Notes under the pieces: model-generated
Told to the model about the DNA's origin: nothing
The model's database searches: none
The model's input: the letters and a program-made list of their open reading frames with translations, nothing else
Source of the DNA: an uncultured Lentisphaerales bacterium
Lineage (GTDB): Bacteria > Verrucomicrobiota > Lentisphaeria > JABSQK01 > UBA12247
Length of the DNA: 64,000 nt
Assembly (NCBI GenBank): GCA_943788985.1
Contig: CALSSJ010000043.1
Span: forward strand, 1-64,000
Direction: 5' to 3'
Part shown: piece by piece, positions 51,871 to 61,644 of the stretch
Numbering within the stretch: the first letter of the stretch is position 1
Layout: each line of letters opens with the position of its first letter
Program-made: the position numbers and the translations under genes

Positions 51871-53995
51871 AATCCCTCACGCTCATGGCCTGCGCTTGGT
51901 GCTAGCTGCAATCGTGGCCTTGAGCATAGCCGCGGAAGAGCTGCCGACTGTCACCGTAACGGCGACCAAGCGCAGCGAATCCCCGGCACGCATCCCGCTC
52001 AGCCTGAGCCTGGTGAATGAAGCCTTACTGAACGAGCTATCGCCCAACACGATCAACGATATTGCAGACCGCATCCCGAATCTGCACATCGTCTCGTTCT
52101 CCGCCGCGCGCTTGAGCTTCCCCTACATCCGCGGCATCGGCTCCGGCCAGGGAAATCCGGCGATCGGCACCTATATCGATGATATTCCGCAGCTGTCGAT
52201 CAACACTGCACGCATGGAGTTTCTTTCGCCAAAGCAGGTCGAGGTGTTGCGAGGTCCACAAGGCACCTTGTACGGCCGCAATACCCTGGGCGGCGTGATC
52301 TTGGTTCAGTCACAGCCACCCGCTGATGTGTTTGGCGGCTCACTCGATTACGAAGTGGCTGGCGATAACCAGCATCGAGTCAAGCTCCGCCTGAGCGGCC
52401 CGCTCAATGACGAGGCAGCCTACGCGCTCGACGCAGCCTATCGCGTCCGCGATGGCTACACCGAGAACACCATCACTGGCAACGATGTCGACAGCCGCGA
52501 TGCCTTGGCCACCCGCGCCGAACTGCGGCTGAATATAGATGACTGGGATGTCCGTGTCGGAGTGCAGGCGCAGCGTGATCGAGATGGCGCATTCGCCCTC
52601 TACGACCTGGACTCAGTCCGCAGTAATCCGCACGAGGTAGAGTACGACTTCGAGGGCCGGACCGATCGCGACGTCGTCGCTCCATTTTTGCGCCTCGAGC
52701 GTATCGGCGAGCAGATCGACTTTGTCAGCATCACCGGGTTTCAGCATTGGCGGGTCGTGGACCTTACCGACAGCGACTTCAGCAGCACGCCCAACACGCA
52801 GGACGGTGGCCGCACCCGCGAAGTGGTGGAAGACCAAGACGAATGGACGCAGGAGTTTCGCTGGCGCAGCTCTGACGATGCGGAGTTGCAGCTGACCGAG
52901 GAAATCACCGCCCGCTGGCTAGCCGGAATCTACGGGTCTCATTCAGACTTCACGCAGGAAACCACCGACATCTTTGGCCAGGATATTAACCACCCACAGT
53001 TTGGGCTCATTCCGGTAACGTTTACCCTCACAGGAGCAGCGCAGATGCAGGACACCGGTATTGCAGCCTTTGGCCAGACCACGCTGACCCTGCAAGACAG
53101 CATCGACCTGACTCTGGGTGCCCGCGTGGCGCATGAAGACAAACATGCCGACCGCGCGAGCTTCGGCCCGCCGTCTCCAACAGGCGATACCGATCTTGCC
53201 TACGCGACGGACTCGTTCGACGACAGCGACTCGGCCGTATCGCCCAAGATTGCGCTCGCCTGGCGGCCTTGCCCCGCATTCACAGCCTTTGCCTCCGCAG
53301 CCAAGGGCTACAAATCGGGCGGCTTCAATCCCTGGGCTCCCTCCCGCGAGCTGGTGACCTACGATTCCGAAGAATCCTGGACCTACGAGCTGGGCGTAAA
53401 GGGACATGCGCTCGACCGCAAACTTCACTATGCAGCCACGCTGTTTCACGTCGAGTGGGACGACATGCAGATCTACCTGCCTAGCGCCTTCGGCCTGTTC
53501 TATCTTGATAACGTCGGCACCTCCCGGAGCCGTGGCATGGAACTCGAATCCACGCTGGATCTCGGCGGCGGATTTCAGCTGGAAGGCAGCGTGGGTATCA
53601 CCGCTGCCGAGTTTACCGACGACTACGACGACCCGTTTGCGCCCGGTACATCTGCCGACGGAAATTCCGTGCACTTCGCCCCGGAGCACACCTGGCACCT
53701 TGGCCTGAGCAAGCACGGGGCGATCAACCAGGACCTGACCGGCCACGCGCGCATTGATCTGAGCGGAGTCGGCGAATACGCCTACGACCCGACCAATGCG
53801 CAGAAGCAAGAAGCCTACGTGCTTACGCACTTGCAGGTCGGGATCAGCAGCGAGCGCTGGGACGTACGGGCTTGGGTGCACAACCTGTTCGACGAGGAAT
53901 ACGTCCCCGTTGCCTTTCGAGTTGCGCCCGGCACCTACATCGGCGAAGCTGGAGCGCCGCGCACCGTCGGCATAGGCCTCGGCTTCAGCTTCTAG
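51857..53995 (+). CDS. TonB-dependent outer membrane receptor
   Basis: Signal peptide, VTVTATKR, VEVLRGPQGTLYGRN, GYKSGGFN, NLFDEEY, terminal F. Confidence 0.94.
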   Translation: MRPHRIPHAHGLRLVLAAIVALSIAAEELPTVTVTATKRSESPARIPLSLSLVNEALLNELSPNTINDIADRIPNLHIVSFSAARLSFPYIRGIGSGQGNPAIGTYIDDIPQLSINTARMEFLSPKQVEVLRGPQGTLYGRNTLGGVILVQSQPPADVFGGSLDYEVAGDNQHRVKLRLSGPLNDEAAYALDAAYRVRDGYTENTITGNDVDSRDALATRAELRLNIDDWDVRVGVQAQRDRDGAFALYDLDSVRSNPHEVEYDFEGRTDRDVVAPFLRLERIGEQIDFVSITGFQHWRVVDLTDSDFSSTPNTQDGGRTREVVEDQDEWTQEFRWRSSDDAELQLTEEITARWLAGIYGSHSDFTQETTDIFGQDINHPQFGLIPVTFTLTGAAQMQDTGIAAFGQTTLTLQDSIDLTLGARVAHEDKHADRASFGPPSPTGDTDLAYATDSFDDSDSAVSPKIALAWRPCPAFTAFASAAKGYKSGGFNPWAPSRELVTYDSEESWTYELGVKGHALDRKLHYAATLFHVEWDDMQIYLPSAFGLFYLDNVGTSRSRGMELESTLDLGGGFQLEGSVGITAAEFTDDYDDPFAPGTSADGNSVHFAPEHTWHLGLSKHGAINQDLTGHARIDLSGVGEYAYDPTNAQKQEAYVLTHLQVGISSERWDVRAWVHNLFDEEYVPVAFRVAPGTYIGEAGAPRTVGIGLGFSF

Positions 53996-54283
53996 CAACG
54001 CTCGGTTTCGCGACCACTTAATAGAATGCGCTCGCCTGGTAGCGGGCGAATCGTGGTCCTTGCATTTCTGGCTATGTGGCTTAGCGGCCGACAGGGAACG
54101 TCCGTCTGGCGCTGTCCCTAGGAGGTGCGGCTTAGATGGGCATGCCGGCTGTGACATAATAGGAAATTGCTTTTTCCAATGTCTGGAGAATAGCAGATAG
54201 GGAGGTGTATTCAGCTCTTGCCAACCCTAATGCAGGCAGGTGGCGGGGTGGCGTGGCGAATCCCTCGGGATCCGCCACGTCGG

Positions 54284-55117
54284 TCAGCCGTCAGCAGGCA
54301 AGAGTCGTGGATTTAGTGGGCTGTCTGCCGGGCCGCCAGGCTGGCATCCAGGCAGAAAGTTGGCGAGGTCACATCGCCGGTTAGCATTCCAGCGATCCTG
54401 CGGATCTGGATCGGGTAGGACCGTTGTGTCGGCCGGCATGTAGATCACGGTTATCACCTCGCGACTACGATCAGAAGCGTTGCCCGGAGCGCCATGCAAG
54501 CACCAGCCACTGTGGAACGTCGCGTCGCCAGCAGCCATCCCGCCATGATTGATGATCTCGAAGCCACGCTCGGCACAGAAATTCTCGAAGTAGGCCTCGG
54601 ATTGATCGGAGATTTGAATGTCCCCGAGATAGCCCTCTTCATGGCTACCGGAGGCAAAGTGCATGGTCCCCATATCCTTGGTGACGGGGACCAGTGGCAT
54701 CCACATGGTCAGGGTATGTGGGCAATCCAGTGGCCAGTAGTGCTGATCCTGGTGCCAGGGCGTGTGCCCGCCCCCAGCTTCTTTGAACAACGCCTGATCG
54801 TGGTAGATCCGGACAGCCGGTACACCCAACAGAGCCGCGGCAATGCCAGCAAAGCGTCGGCTGAGAACGAACGTCCGCACGGTTTCTTCGTTCGGCCACA
54901 GATTGGGAACCTGCTGAAACGCCTTGCCATAGGTGTCACGCTCTGCCAACTCAGGCAGGTCTTTGACTTTTTCGGCCACGTGAGCTCCGATCGCTGCGCG
55001 GACCTCGTCAAGGATGTCGCCAGTACCGACACCACGCAGGCAGATGTGATGGTTGGTTCGGTATTGGTGGAGTTGTTCGTCTGTCAGCGGGTACGCTGTG
55101 TCGTGCAAGGTGCTCAT
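54284..55117 (-). CDS. Phytanoyl-CoA dioxygenase family (Fe/2OG) protein
   Basis: HDQALFKE, TPWHQDQ, GSH, GDATFH....HGA. Confidence 0.9.
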   Translation of the reverse strand: MSTLHDTAYPLTDEQLHQYRTNHHICLRGVGTGDILDEVRAAIGAHVAEKVKDLPELAERDTYGKAFQQVPNLWPNEETVRTFVLSRRFAGIAAALLGVPAVRIYHDQALFKEAGGGHTPWHQDQHYWPLDCPHTLTMWMPLVPVTKDMGTMHFASGSHEEGYLGDIQISDQSEAYFENFCAERGFEIINHGGMAAGDATFHSGWCLHGAPGNASDRSREVITVIYMPADTTVLPDPDPQDRWNANRRCDLANFLPGCQPGGPADSPLNPRLLPADG

Positions 55118-55140
55118 GATCCAGATCCGTGTCAAAGGTG

Positions 55141-55330
55141 CTAGTGGTGTGAAACGAATGCTAGGCTAGTTCAGATCGCGGACACGACAATGACCGATCT
55201 GCGCGAGGATGTGTATGATAGTTGCATGATCGGTGAGAGTTCTATGATGGTTAGGGAAAGGTAGCGCCTATGCGACCCGCGATTGAGTTTGTCCCGCGTT
55301 CTCCGGAGAGCAGCATTCTGGTGCACCAGG
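55141..55330. repeat. CTAG-starting ~190-bp element with degenerate TIRs
   Basis: Left TGGTG..GAATGCT..AGATCGCGGACA vs right reverse complement TGGTG..GAATGCT..AGAACGCGGGACA. Confidence 0.5.
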
Positions 55331-55339
55331 GATGGCGCC

Positions 55340-55990
55340 CCATTTGAGGCATTCAACTGGCACTGCCCAAGAACATCCAGTTCTTGCGTCCAATAACCAA
55401 GGGCTTTATGGTCCGCTCAGCCAAGTTATTTTCAATCATGGCATTGCCGTCGCTCAAGAATGTGCGCAGGTGCTTCCTGCGTTTGCATATACACATCAGG
55501 GTCGTCCGGAATTTTGATTTGCGCAGCAAGGTGACCTGCTCCAAGTGTTCAGTGATGGTGGCAAGCAATCACTCGATGATCGGTTTGCAGTGAGTCTGAC
55601 GATACGTCAAGCTATCGCCAGCTGTCTACAGCTGCCAAACTTCGCGCTCGGCCTTGAACCACCGGCCAAAGTCTTCAATCACCTGCTTTCTGCAGGCGAT
55701 ATCCCCACTTTACAGGTCCGCAAACTTGCGTCGGGCATGGGCTAGGCACATTTGCCACTGCACGTCGCTGCGCACGGCCGACGTTTCATAAGCACCGTGT
55801 GCACCGGCATGGAGCAAACCGCGAAAGCTGCGCAGATACTTGAGAGTTTGTTCATGGGTACCATCCAGTGAAAAACATAAAACAAGGACGGGGGATCTTT
55901 GCCCCATCCAGGGCCCCCGCAGTAGACCCAGATCAAACCTTTCTCGCACCCCAGCCCTCCTCTCCTTATTGCAGCAGCACACGGGGCTTG
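55340..55990 (-). mobile_element. Decayed IS66-family transposase (TnpC) remnant
   Basis: Fragments in several frames: IWVY, CLAHARRKF, ENNLAERTIKPLVIGRKNWMFLGS. Confidence 0.88.
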
Positions 55991-56310
55991 CAGATCCTTG
56001 ACCTACCAAATTCTATTCTGCCTCAGCCCTATCTATGAGCGATTTCTGATCCGCGGAGCATTCAACAAGAACGCCCTCACAGCCAGCCTCTGAGGAAATG
56101 GCAAGCAGTCGGAATCGCGTGAGCTCCGCTACGGCAACCTGGTCTTGGCGGGAGCTCGCGCTTCCCGAAGTCAAAGGAACTGCGGTCAGCGATGAAGTGT
56201 CCAAAGTGGACAGTAGGGCGGTCGCCGCCAAATTCCAACATACGCGCAGGCGAGTATTTGCTTCGCGGAAGAACTGCATCGAAAATCAGGACAACAATTA
56301 GAGGCGCACT

Positions 56311-57831
56311 TTGCGTAGCCAAGGCATAGGTATTGCGGTAGCGCTGCTGCTACAGATGATGGCATGGGCGGAGACAGAGCCTACGCAGGCGCGCCCTCCG
56401 AACATCGTTTTCATACTGGCGGATGACCTTGGTATGCAGGATGTTGGCTTCATGGGCAGCACCTACTTCGAGACCCCAAACCTCGATGCCTTGGCAAAAG
56501 AGAGCCTGGTGTTCAATCAAGCCTACATGTATCCAACCTGTTCTCCCTCACGCGCTGCACTGTTGACCGGTAAGCAATCCTTCCGTACCGGCTGCTATAC
56601 CGTGCCAGTACTGGAGAGAGGGACCAGCAAGGACAATATCTTCTCCAGGTGGACCGTCGGGCTCGAACATCCAGTCTATGCTCAGCCTCTGAATGATGCC
56701 GGCTATAAGCTGATTCATCTGGGCAAGTGGCACATCGTCGGCCCTCGACCAGACCAGGAAACCGAGCTACCATTCGCCAAGAAACTGCGACAGCCCGGGA
56801 ACAGCGACTTGAGCTGGCTCGCGGCACATCAGACGCCGGAGATTCAGCAGTACTATCCGACGGGAAAAGGTTTCCATGAGAATGTGGGCGGCACCTGGTG
56901 GGGCGATCCCGCACGCGGCTATAAGAAAGGCTACGCCGATCCGAGCGGCGGCTATATCGCGCCGTTCAAGAACCCCTTCATCGCGGACAAAGAGGGAGAC
57001 GGGTGGCTGACCGACCGGCTCACCGCCGACGCGATTGACTTCATCGAGCGGCATAAAGAGGAACCGTTCTTTGTGAACCTGCACCACTACGCACCACACC
57101 GGCCATCAGTTCCCAGAAATGAGAAGTTGATGGCGCACTTCATGAAAAAGGCTGCTGACCCGGTTACCGGCCAGGGCGCTGGGGGCCCCGAAAAAGAAGA
57201 AAGAGATGGCTGCTTATGCCACGATGGTCAAGGCACTTGACGAGAATGTGAAGCGCATCACAGATTATCTCGACCAAGCGGGCCTTCGCGACAACACGAT
57301 TCTTATTTTCACTTCCGACAACGGCTTCAACGGCGGTCAAAGCGCCAATGAGAGACTTCGCGGAGCCAAGGGCTATGTCTACGAGGGCGGCCTGCGCGTC
57401 CCCGCGCTGGTCAACTGGCCGAAGAAAGTGGCCCCGGGCCGCTCTGACGTGCCGATTCAAGGCCTCGACTACTTTCCCACTTTCCTGCAACTGGCAGGTA
57501 TCACTGACTACACCGGCACGCTCGATGGCACCAGCCTGGTTCCGTTACTGCAACGGCAAAACCGCTGAAAGAGCGCGCGCTGTTCTGGCACATCGCCAGC
57601 ACCTACAAGAATCCCCCCTGCTCCATCATTCGCAAAGGTGACTGGAAGCTGATTCAGTTTCTGAAAAACGGCAACATCGAGCTCTACAATCTTAGCCAGG
57701 ATTTGAAGGAGAGTCGCAATCTGGCGGCCACACATCCTGAGATAGCCCAGGCCTTATTGAAGCAACTGACAACCTGGCATCGGGACAATCAGGCTCCCCT
57801 GCCCCCTAGTTCCCAGTTGCATCGCGAGTAA
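56311..57831 (+). CDS. Secreted Cys-type (S1) sulfatase, split by frameshifts near 57190 and 57555
   Basis: PNIVFILADDLG, TPNLD, CSPSRAALLTG, GKWH, FTSDNG, YEGGLRVP, then LFWH...IRKGDWKL...ELYNL..D..E to TAA at 57829-57831. Confidence 0.9.
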
Positions 57832-57981
57832 TGCCATGAAGAACCTTTGTGGGCGAATGATCTGATGCGTACGCAACTCGGTGTGGCTGTCTGAGGTGGT
57901 ATGCGACGGCCCTAATGGTCAAGCTCTGGTTTGCCGTTGCGCCTGCCTTTCTTCGTGTAGATTCCTCTGCACACCTCCCAA

Positions 57982-59098
57982 CTAAGGCCGAGTCCCCACA
58001 GCAATGACGTGACCGTCATCTGTGCCCACAATTGCAGAGTTCGCAATTAGGGAGGGCGCGGTCGTCTCGTCGCCTAGCGTCTGTTTCCAAACCACCGCAC
58101 CATCCGTCAGCGACAGTCCGATCAGAACGCCGTCAATGCCGACGATTGCGCAGTCCGCAGCGATGACCGTTGACGTCGCTTCGTAGCCATCACTACGATA
58201 GCTCCAGCGAGTTTCACCGGTGCCCGCCATCAGGCAGTGCACGGCCCCGGCGGGATTGGCGATCACCACGCTCTCCCCACAGATCGCGGGCGTTGTAAAC
58301 AGCTCAGTGTCCGCTGCGCTTACCTCCCAGACTGTGGCCTTGTCCCCTACGCTCGCTCGCACAAGAGTCCCGGAGCGATTTCCAGCATACAGGGCGTTGT
58401 CCCAAGCAGCGACTCCTCCTGCCATTTCCCGATTCTGCCCCAACGAGATAAGCTCTGTGACCGCCCCATCCTGATGGGAAACCGCGAACAGCGCAGAAAG
58501 GCAGTTGCCGAAAAAACACGTGCTTGTCTGAAGCAGACAAACTCCCGTCGCAGCGTTCGGTTTTGGCTGATTTCCATAGCTTCTTTCCATCCTCCAGCGC
58601 CAAGCATTGTACGGCACCGGAAATCTGATTCATGACGAAGATTCGCTCCCCGGAGAATGTTGCGGAGTTCGCAATCGGTGCACCTGTAGAGGTCTGCCAA
58701 AGGATCGCACCGTCCGTTGCAGATACCGCGAAAACCATCCCTTCTGAGGATGCGACCACGACCAGTGCGGCGTTCGCGATATAGAGGGGCGCTCCGTGAA
58801 AGGCCAGTGGCCCATCGGCATCGGAGAACAGCTTCTCCCACACCTTCTTCCCGGTCGCCGCCTCCAGCGCCACCAGGCGGTTGCCGTCAGCAACCAGAAA
58901 GGCACGCTTCGCATCGCCGACCACGGCACTGGGCAACACAGTGCCCACTCTGGTCTTCCACAGCCGAACGGGCGCAGGACCAAGCGCCACATCAGCATAC
59001 CCGGTCAGGCCAGTTGAGCCGTGAAAGGTTGGCCACTCTGCGTGCGCTCCAGCGCCAACGAGGGCGATTCCCAGCCAAAAACTACACCACCGATTCAT
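57982..59098 (-). CDS. Secreted PQQ-like (BamB-type) beta-propeller, one frameshift near 58513
   Basis: Signal peptide, EWPTFHG, repeated A....G...W motifs; frames join at a T6 run. Confidence 0.85.
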
Positions 59099-60362
59099 AA
59101 ATATTCACCATCCGCTCTGCCATTGTATCAACGCTGAATTCCTGTTGGGCGACGCTGCGCCCGGCTTCGCCCAGTGAGCGCGCCAGATCTGCGTCTCGCA
59201 GCAATGGTTCGAGCGCGGCTGCCAGCCCCTCGGGCGTGGTGTTGTCATAGATGCGTCCGCCGCCGCTCTGTTGCACGAGCTCGCGAAAACCGCCGGCGTC
59301 TGGCTGCACCACGGGCACGCCTGCAGCCCAGGCTTCGACCATGAATGTGCCAAACGCCTCGCCGCCAGGCATCGGTACCGAGAGCACGCGTAGGCTCTTG
59401 AGCATCTGAATGCGGCCCTCTCGATCTAGTTTTTCATGAAACACCGCGTCCTGCTCGAAGCCGAAAGCGGCGAGCTTCCTGCGAAGACCCGCCACGTAAT
59501 CACGATCGCTGCCGGTGAGCCCGCCCATTGCCGCCAATCGTAGGGGCTCCAGACCCGGCCGGTGCTTTAGCAGGATGAAGGCATCGACAAAAATGCCGAG
59601 CCCGAGCGACGGACAGAGCTTGGAGAGGTAGCCCATCACGGGGGGATTTGCGAACTCCGCAAGCTCGTAGCCGGTGTGCTCGATTCCGACCGGTACAACC
59701 TGAGGCGGGTTCGACAGGGAGAGCCGCTGCGACATGAGATCCCGGTAATAGTGACTGACCGTCACCAAGGCATCACAATGCGAGAGACACCTGCGAATCT
59801 GGTCCCAGCACTGCTGGGCGTAGTCGCCATCCAGCTTGTCGATCCAGACATCTTCGTCGTGAAGCGAACAAACCACCGGAACGCCCAGAGCCTCTTTGAG
59901 GGGCTTGGCCAGCCCAGCAAGCAGGACCATGGAGATGTGGATGACGTCCGGCTGCTCCTGCTCTCTGAGCCAGCGGATCATGCGCTCCAGTTCCTTGGCT
60001 TGGTTTCCGGCCTCCGCCTGCAAGACGGAGAAGGTCATGGCACCAAGGCCCTCTGCCTGCGTTGAACCTTCGCGACTGGCAGCAAGCTTGAGGACCCAGC
60101 GGGCATCGAACATCTGGTCTAGCCAGCGAGGAGTCTTGCGAAACACCGGCAGATGCTGTTGCAGATAGGTGTTTACGCCGCCGAAGAAGACTGGGCTGTC
60201 CTCTGCGATCTCTGAACCGTCCAAAAAGAACGGCAGGTACATGGGAGTTACCAGGCAGTCATGGCCAAGGCGACGAAGAGCGAGGACAAGCGCGGTGTCT
60301 TTAAGGCAGTTCTCGCAATAGAAGGTGCCACCGGATCCCGGTGAAATGTGGACAATTTTCAT
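59082..60362 (-). CDS. Glycosyltransferase family 4 with N-terminal CxxC motif
   Basis: PGSGGTFYCENCLKD, EAFGTFMVEAWAAGVPVVQP. Confidence 0.88.
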   Translation of the reverse strand: MKIVHISPGSGGTFYCENCLKDTALVLALRRLGHDCLVTPMYLPFFLDGSEIAEDSPVFFGGVNTYLQQHLPVFRKTPRWLDQMFDARWVLKLAASREGSTQAEGLGAMTFSVLQAEAGNQAKELERMIRWLREQEQPDVIHISMVLLAGLAKPLKEALGVPVVCSLHDEDVWIDKLDGDYAQQCWDQIRRCLSHCDALVTVSHYYRDLMSQRLSLSNPPQVVPVGIEHTGYELAEFANPPVMGYLSKLCPSLGLGIFVDAFILLKHRPGLEPLRLAAMGGLTGSDRDYVAGLRRKLAAFGFEQDAVFHEKLDREGRIQMLKSLRVLSVPMPGGEAFGTFMVEAWAAGVPVVQPDAGGFRELVQQSGGGRIYDNTTPEGLAAALEPLLRDADLARSLGEAGRSVAQQEFSVDTMAERMVNIYESVV

Positions 60363-61630
60363 GGAGTCGGAGGTGGGCTAGCGAGGCCAACGCAATACAG
60401 GGTTTTCTCTGCGCGCAGGTAGAGGCGGTCGTAGCCGATGGCTGGCGTGCATTCAACCTTTCGCGAGACGACGCCGCGCCCGATCGTTGACAGTTCTTTT
60501 GCGGGGTCCGCATCGAGCACGAGAGTCACGCCTTTCTCGCAGCTAAGGTACAGACGCCCCGCATTGAGCAACACTGAGGCATAGTTTTCGTAGATCTCGG
60601 TTTCACGCTGGGCAATGACCTTTCCGGTTTGGCCATCGATGCACGAAAGCACCGCATCACAGAAGTGATAGACGGTGTGGCCGTCGCTTGCAGCCGAGGA
60701 CCCGTCGGAGAAATCGCTGCCATCGGGCAGTTCGAGCAGTTGCCAGGTGGTGGAACCATCTTCGAGGTTGAGGGCGAACATTCCGCAGAACTGCATGTGG
60801 ACGACAACGCTTTTCTCGAGCACAATGGCCGATGGGCCCACACACCATTCCGGCTCTTCCTCAAAGACTTTTCGACTCCAAGCCTGCTTGCCTGTGTCGA
60901 CATCCCAAGCCGTAACGGCTGGATAAGCGGGGAGAACGACGAGTGTCGAGCCATCTTTTCGCGGGGCCAACGAAGGTGCAGCCCAGGTATCAGACGCGCG
61001 CTCTGTGCGCCAGATCTCCTGCCCGTCCTTTGCGGCGAGGCGGGCGATGTAGCGCTCTTCTCCCTGGAAAACCACCAGCAAGGAGTTCTGATAGGCAAGC
61101 AGGGAGTTGGTCAGACCAAAGGCGTTTCCCTTGGTGCTGCCAAGCGCTTTCAGCCAGCTCAGGGTGCCGGTCTGGAGATTTACCGCGACGAGTTGGCCGT
61201 TCGAAAACAACGCATACACTTGGTTCCCATCGGTGGCTGGCGTAGCAGCTGCGTAAAGCTGGACATCCCACTTCCTATCGGACGAGTCGGGCTTGTAGGC
61301 ATTGGATGCAGACGGGGATTCTGGCACGGTCAGGGACCAAACACTCACGCCAGTGGCTGCATTGAAGCAGTAGATCCGGCGTAGATTCGCATCGGCCCCC
61401 ACGGCGATCACCCGGTCTCCAAGTACAATAGGGCTGGCCCAACCGGACAGATCCAGTGCAGCGGTCCAGGCTATGTTCTCGCCGGATTTTTCGTCCCAGG
61501 AGACGGGGACGTTTGCCGAGCTGTAGTTTCCATTCCCACGTGGGCCGCGGAACGCAGGACTGTTCTCGGAAAAACCTACTGTCGCCCACAATAGAGCGAC
61601 TGGAAGAATGAAGCGGAGAGTCTGACTCAA
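60359..61630 (-). CDS. Secreted PQQ-like beta-propeller protein
   Basis: Signal peptide, FRGPRGNG, NIAW, GWASPIV, ATPATDG, TPAI...RLYLR. Confidence 0.9.
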   Translation of the reverse strand: MSQTLRFILPVALLWATVGFSENSPAFRGPRGNGNYSSANVPVSWDEKSGENIAWTAALDLSGWASPIVLGDRVIAVGADANLRRIYCFNAATGVSVWSLTVPESPSASNAYKPDSSDRKWDVQLYAAATPATDGNQVYALFSNGQLVAVNLQTGTLSWLKALGSTKGNAFGLTNSLLAYQNSLLVVFQGEERYIARLAAKDGQEIWRTERASDTWAAPSLAPRKDGSTLVVLPAYPAVTAWDVDTGKQAWSRKVFEEEPEWCVGPSAIVLEKSVVVHMQFCGMFALNLEDGSTTWQLLELPDGSDFSDGSSAASDGHTVYHFCDAVLSCIDGQTGKVIAQRETEIYENYASVLLNAGRLYLSCEKGVTLVLDADPAKELSTIGRGVVSRKVECTPAIGYDRLYLRAEKTLYCVGLASPPPTP

Positions 61631-61644
61631 GCGCTCTGGCCCGT

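Noticed and set aside
53996..54283. ncRNA between the TonB receptor and the dioxygenase gene
   Set aside because: Only short hairpins are present, with no recognisable family or second copy.
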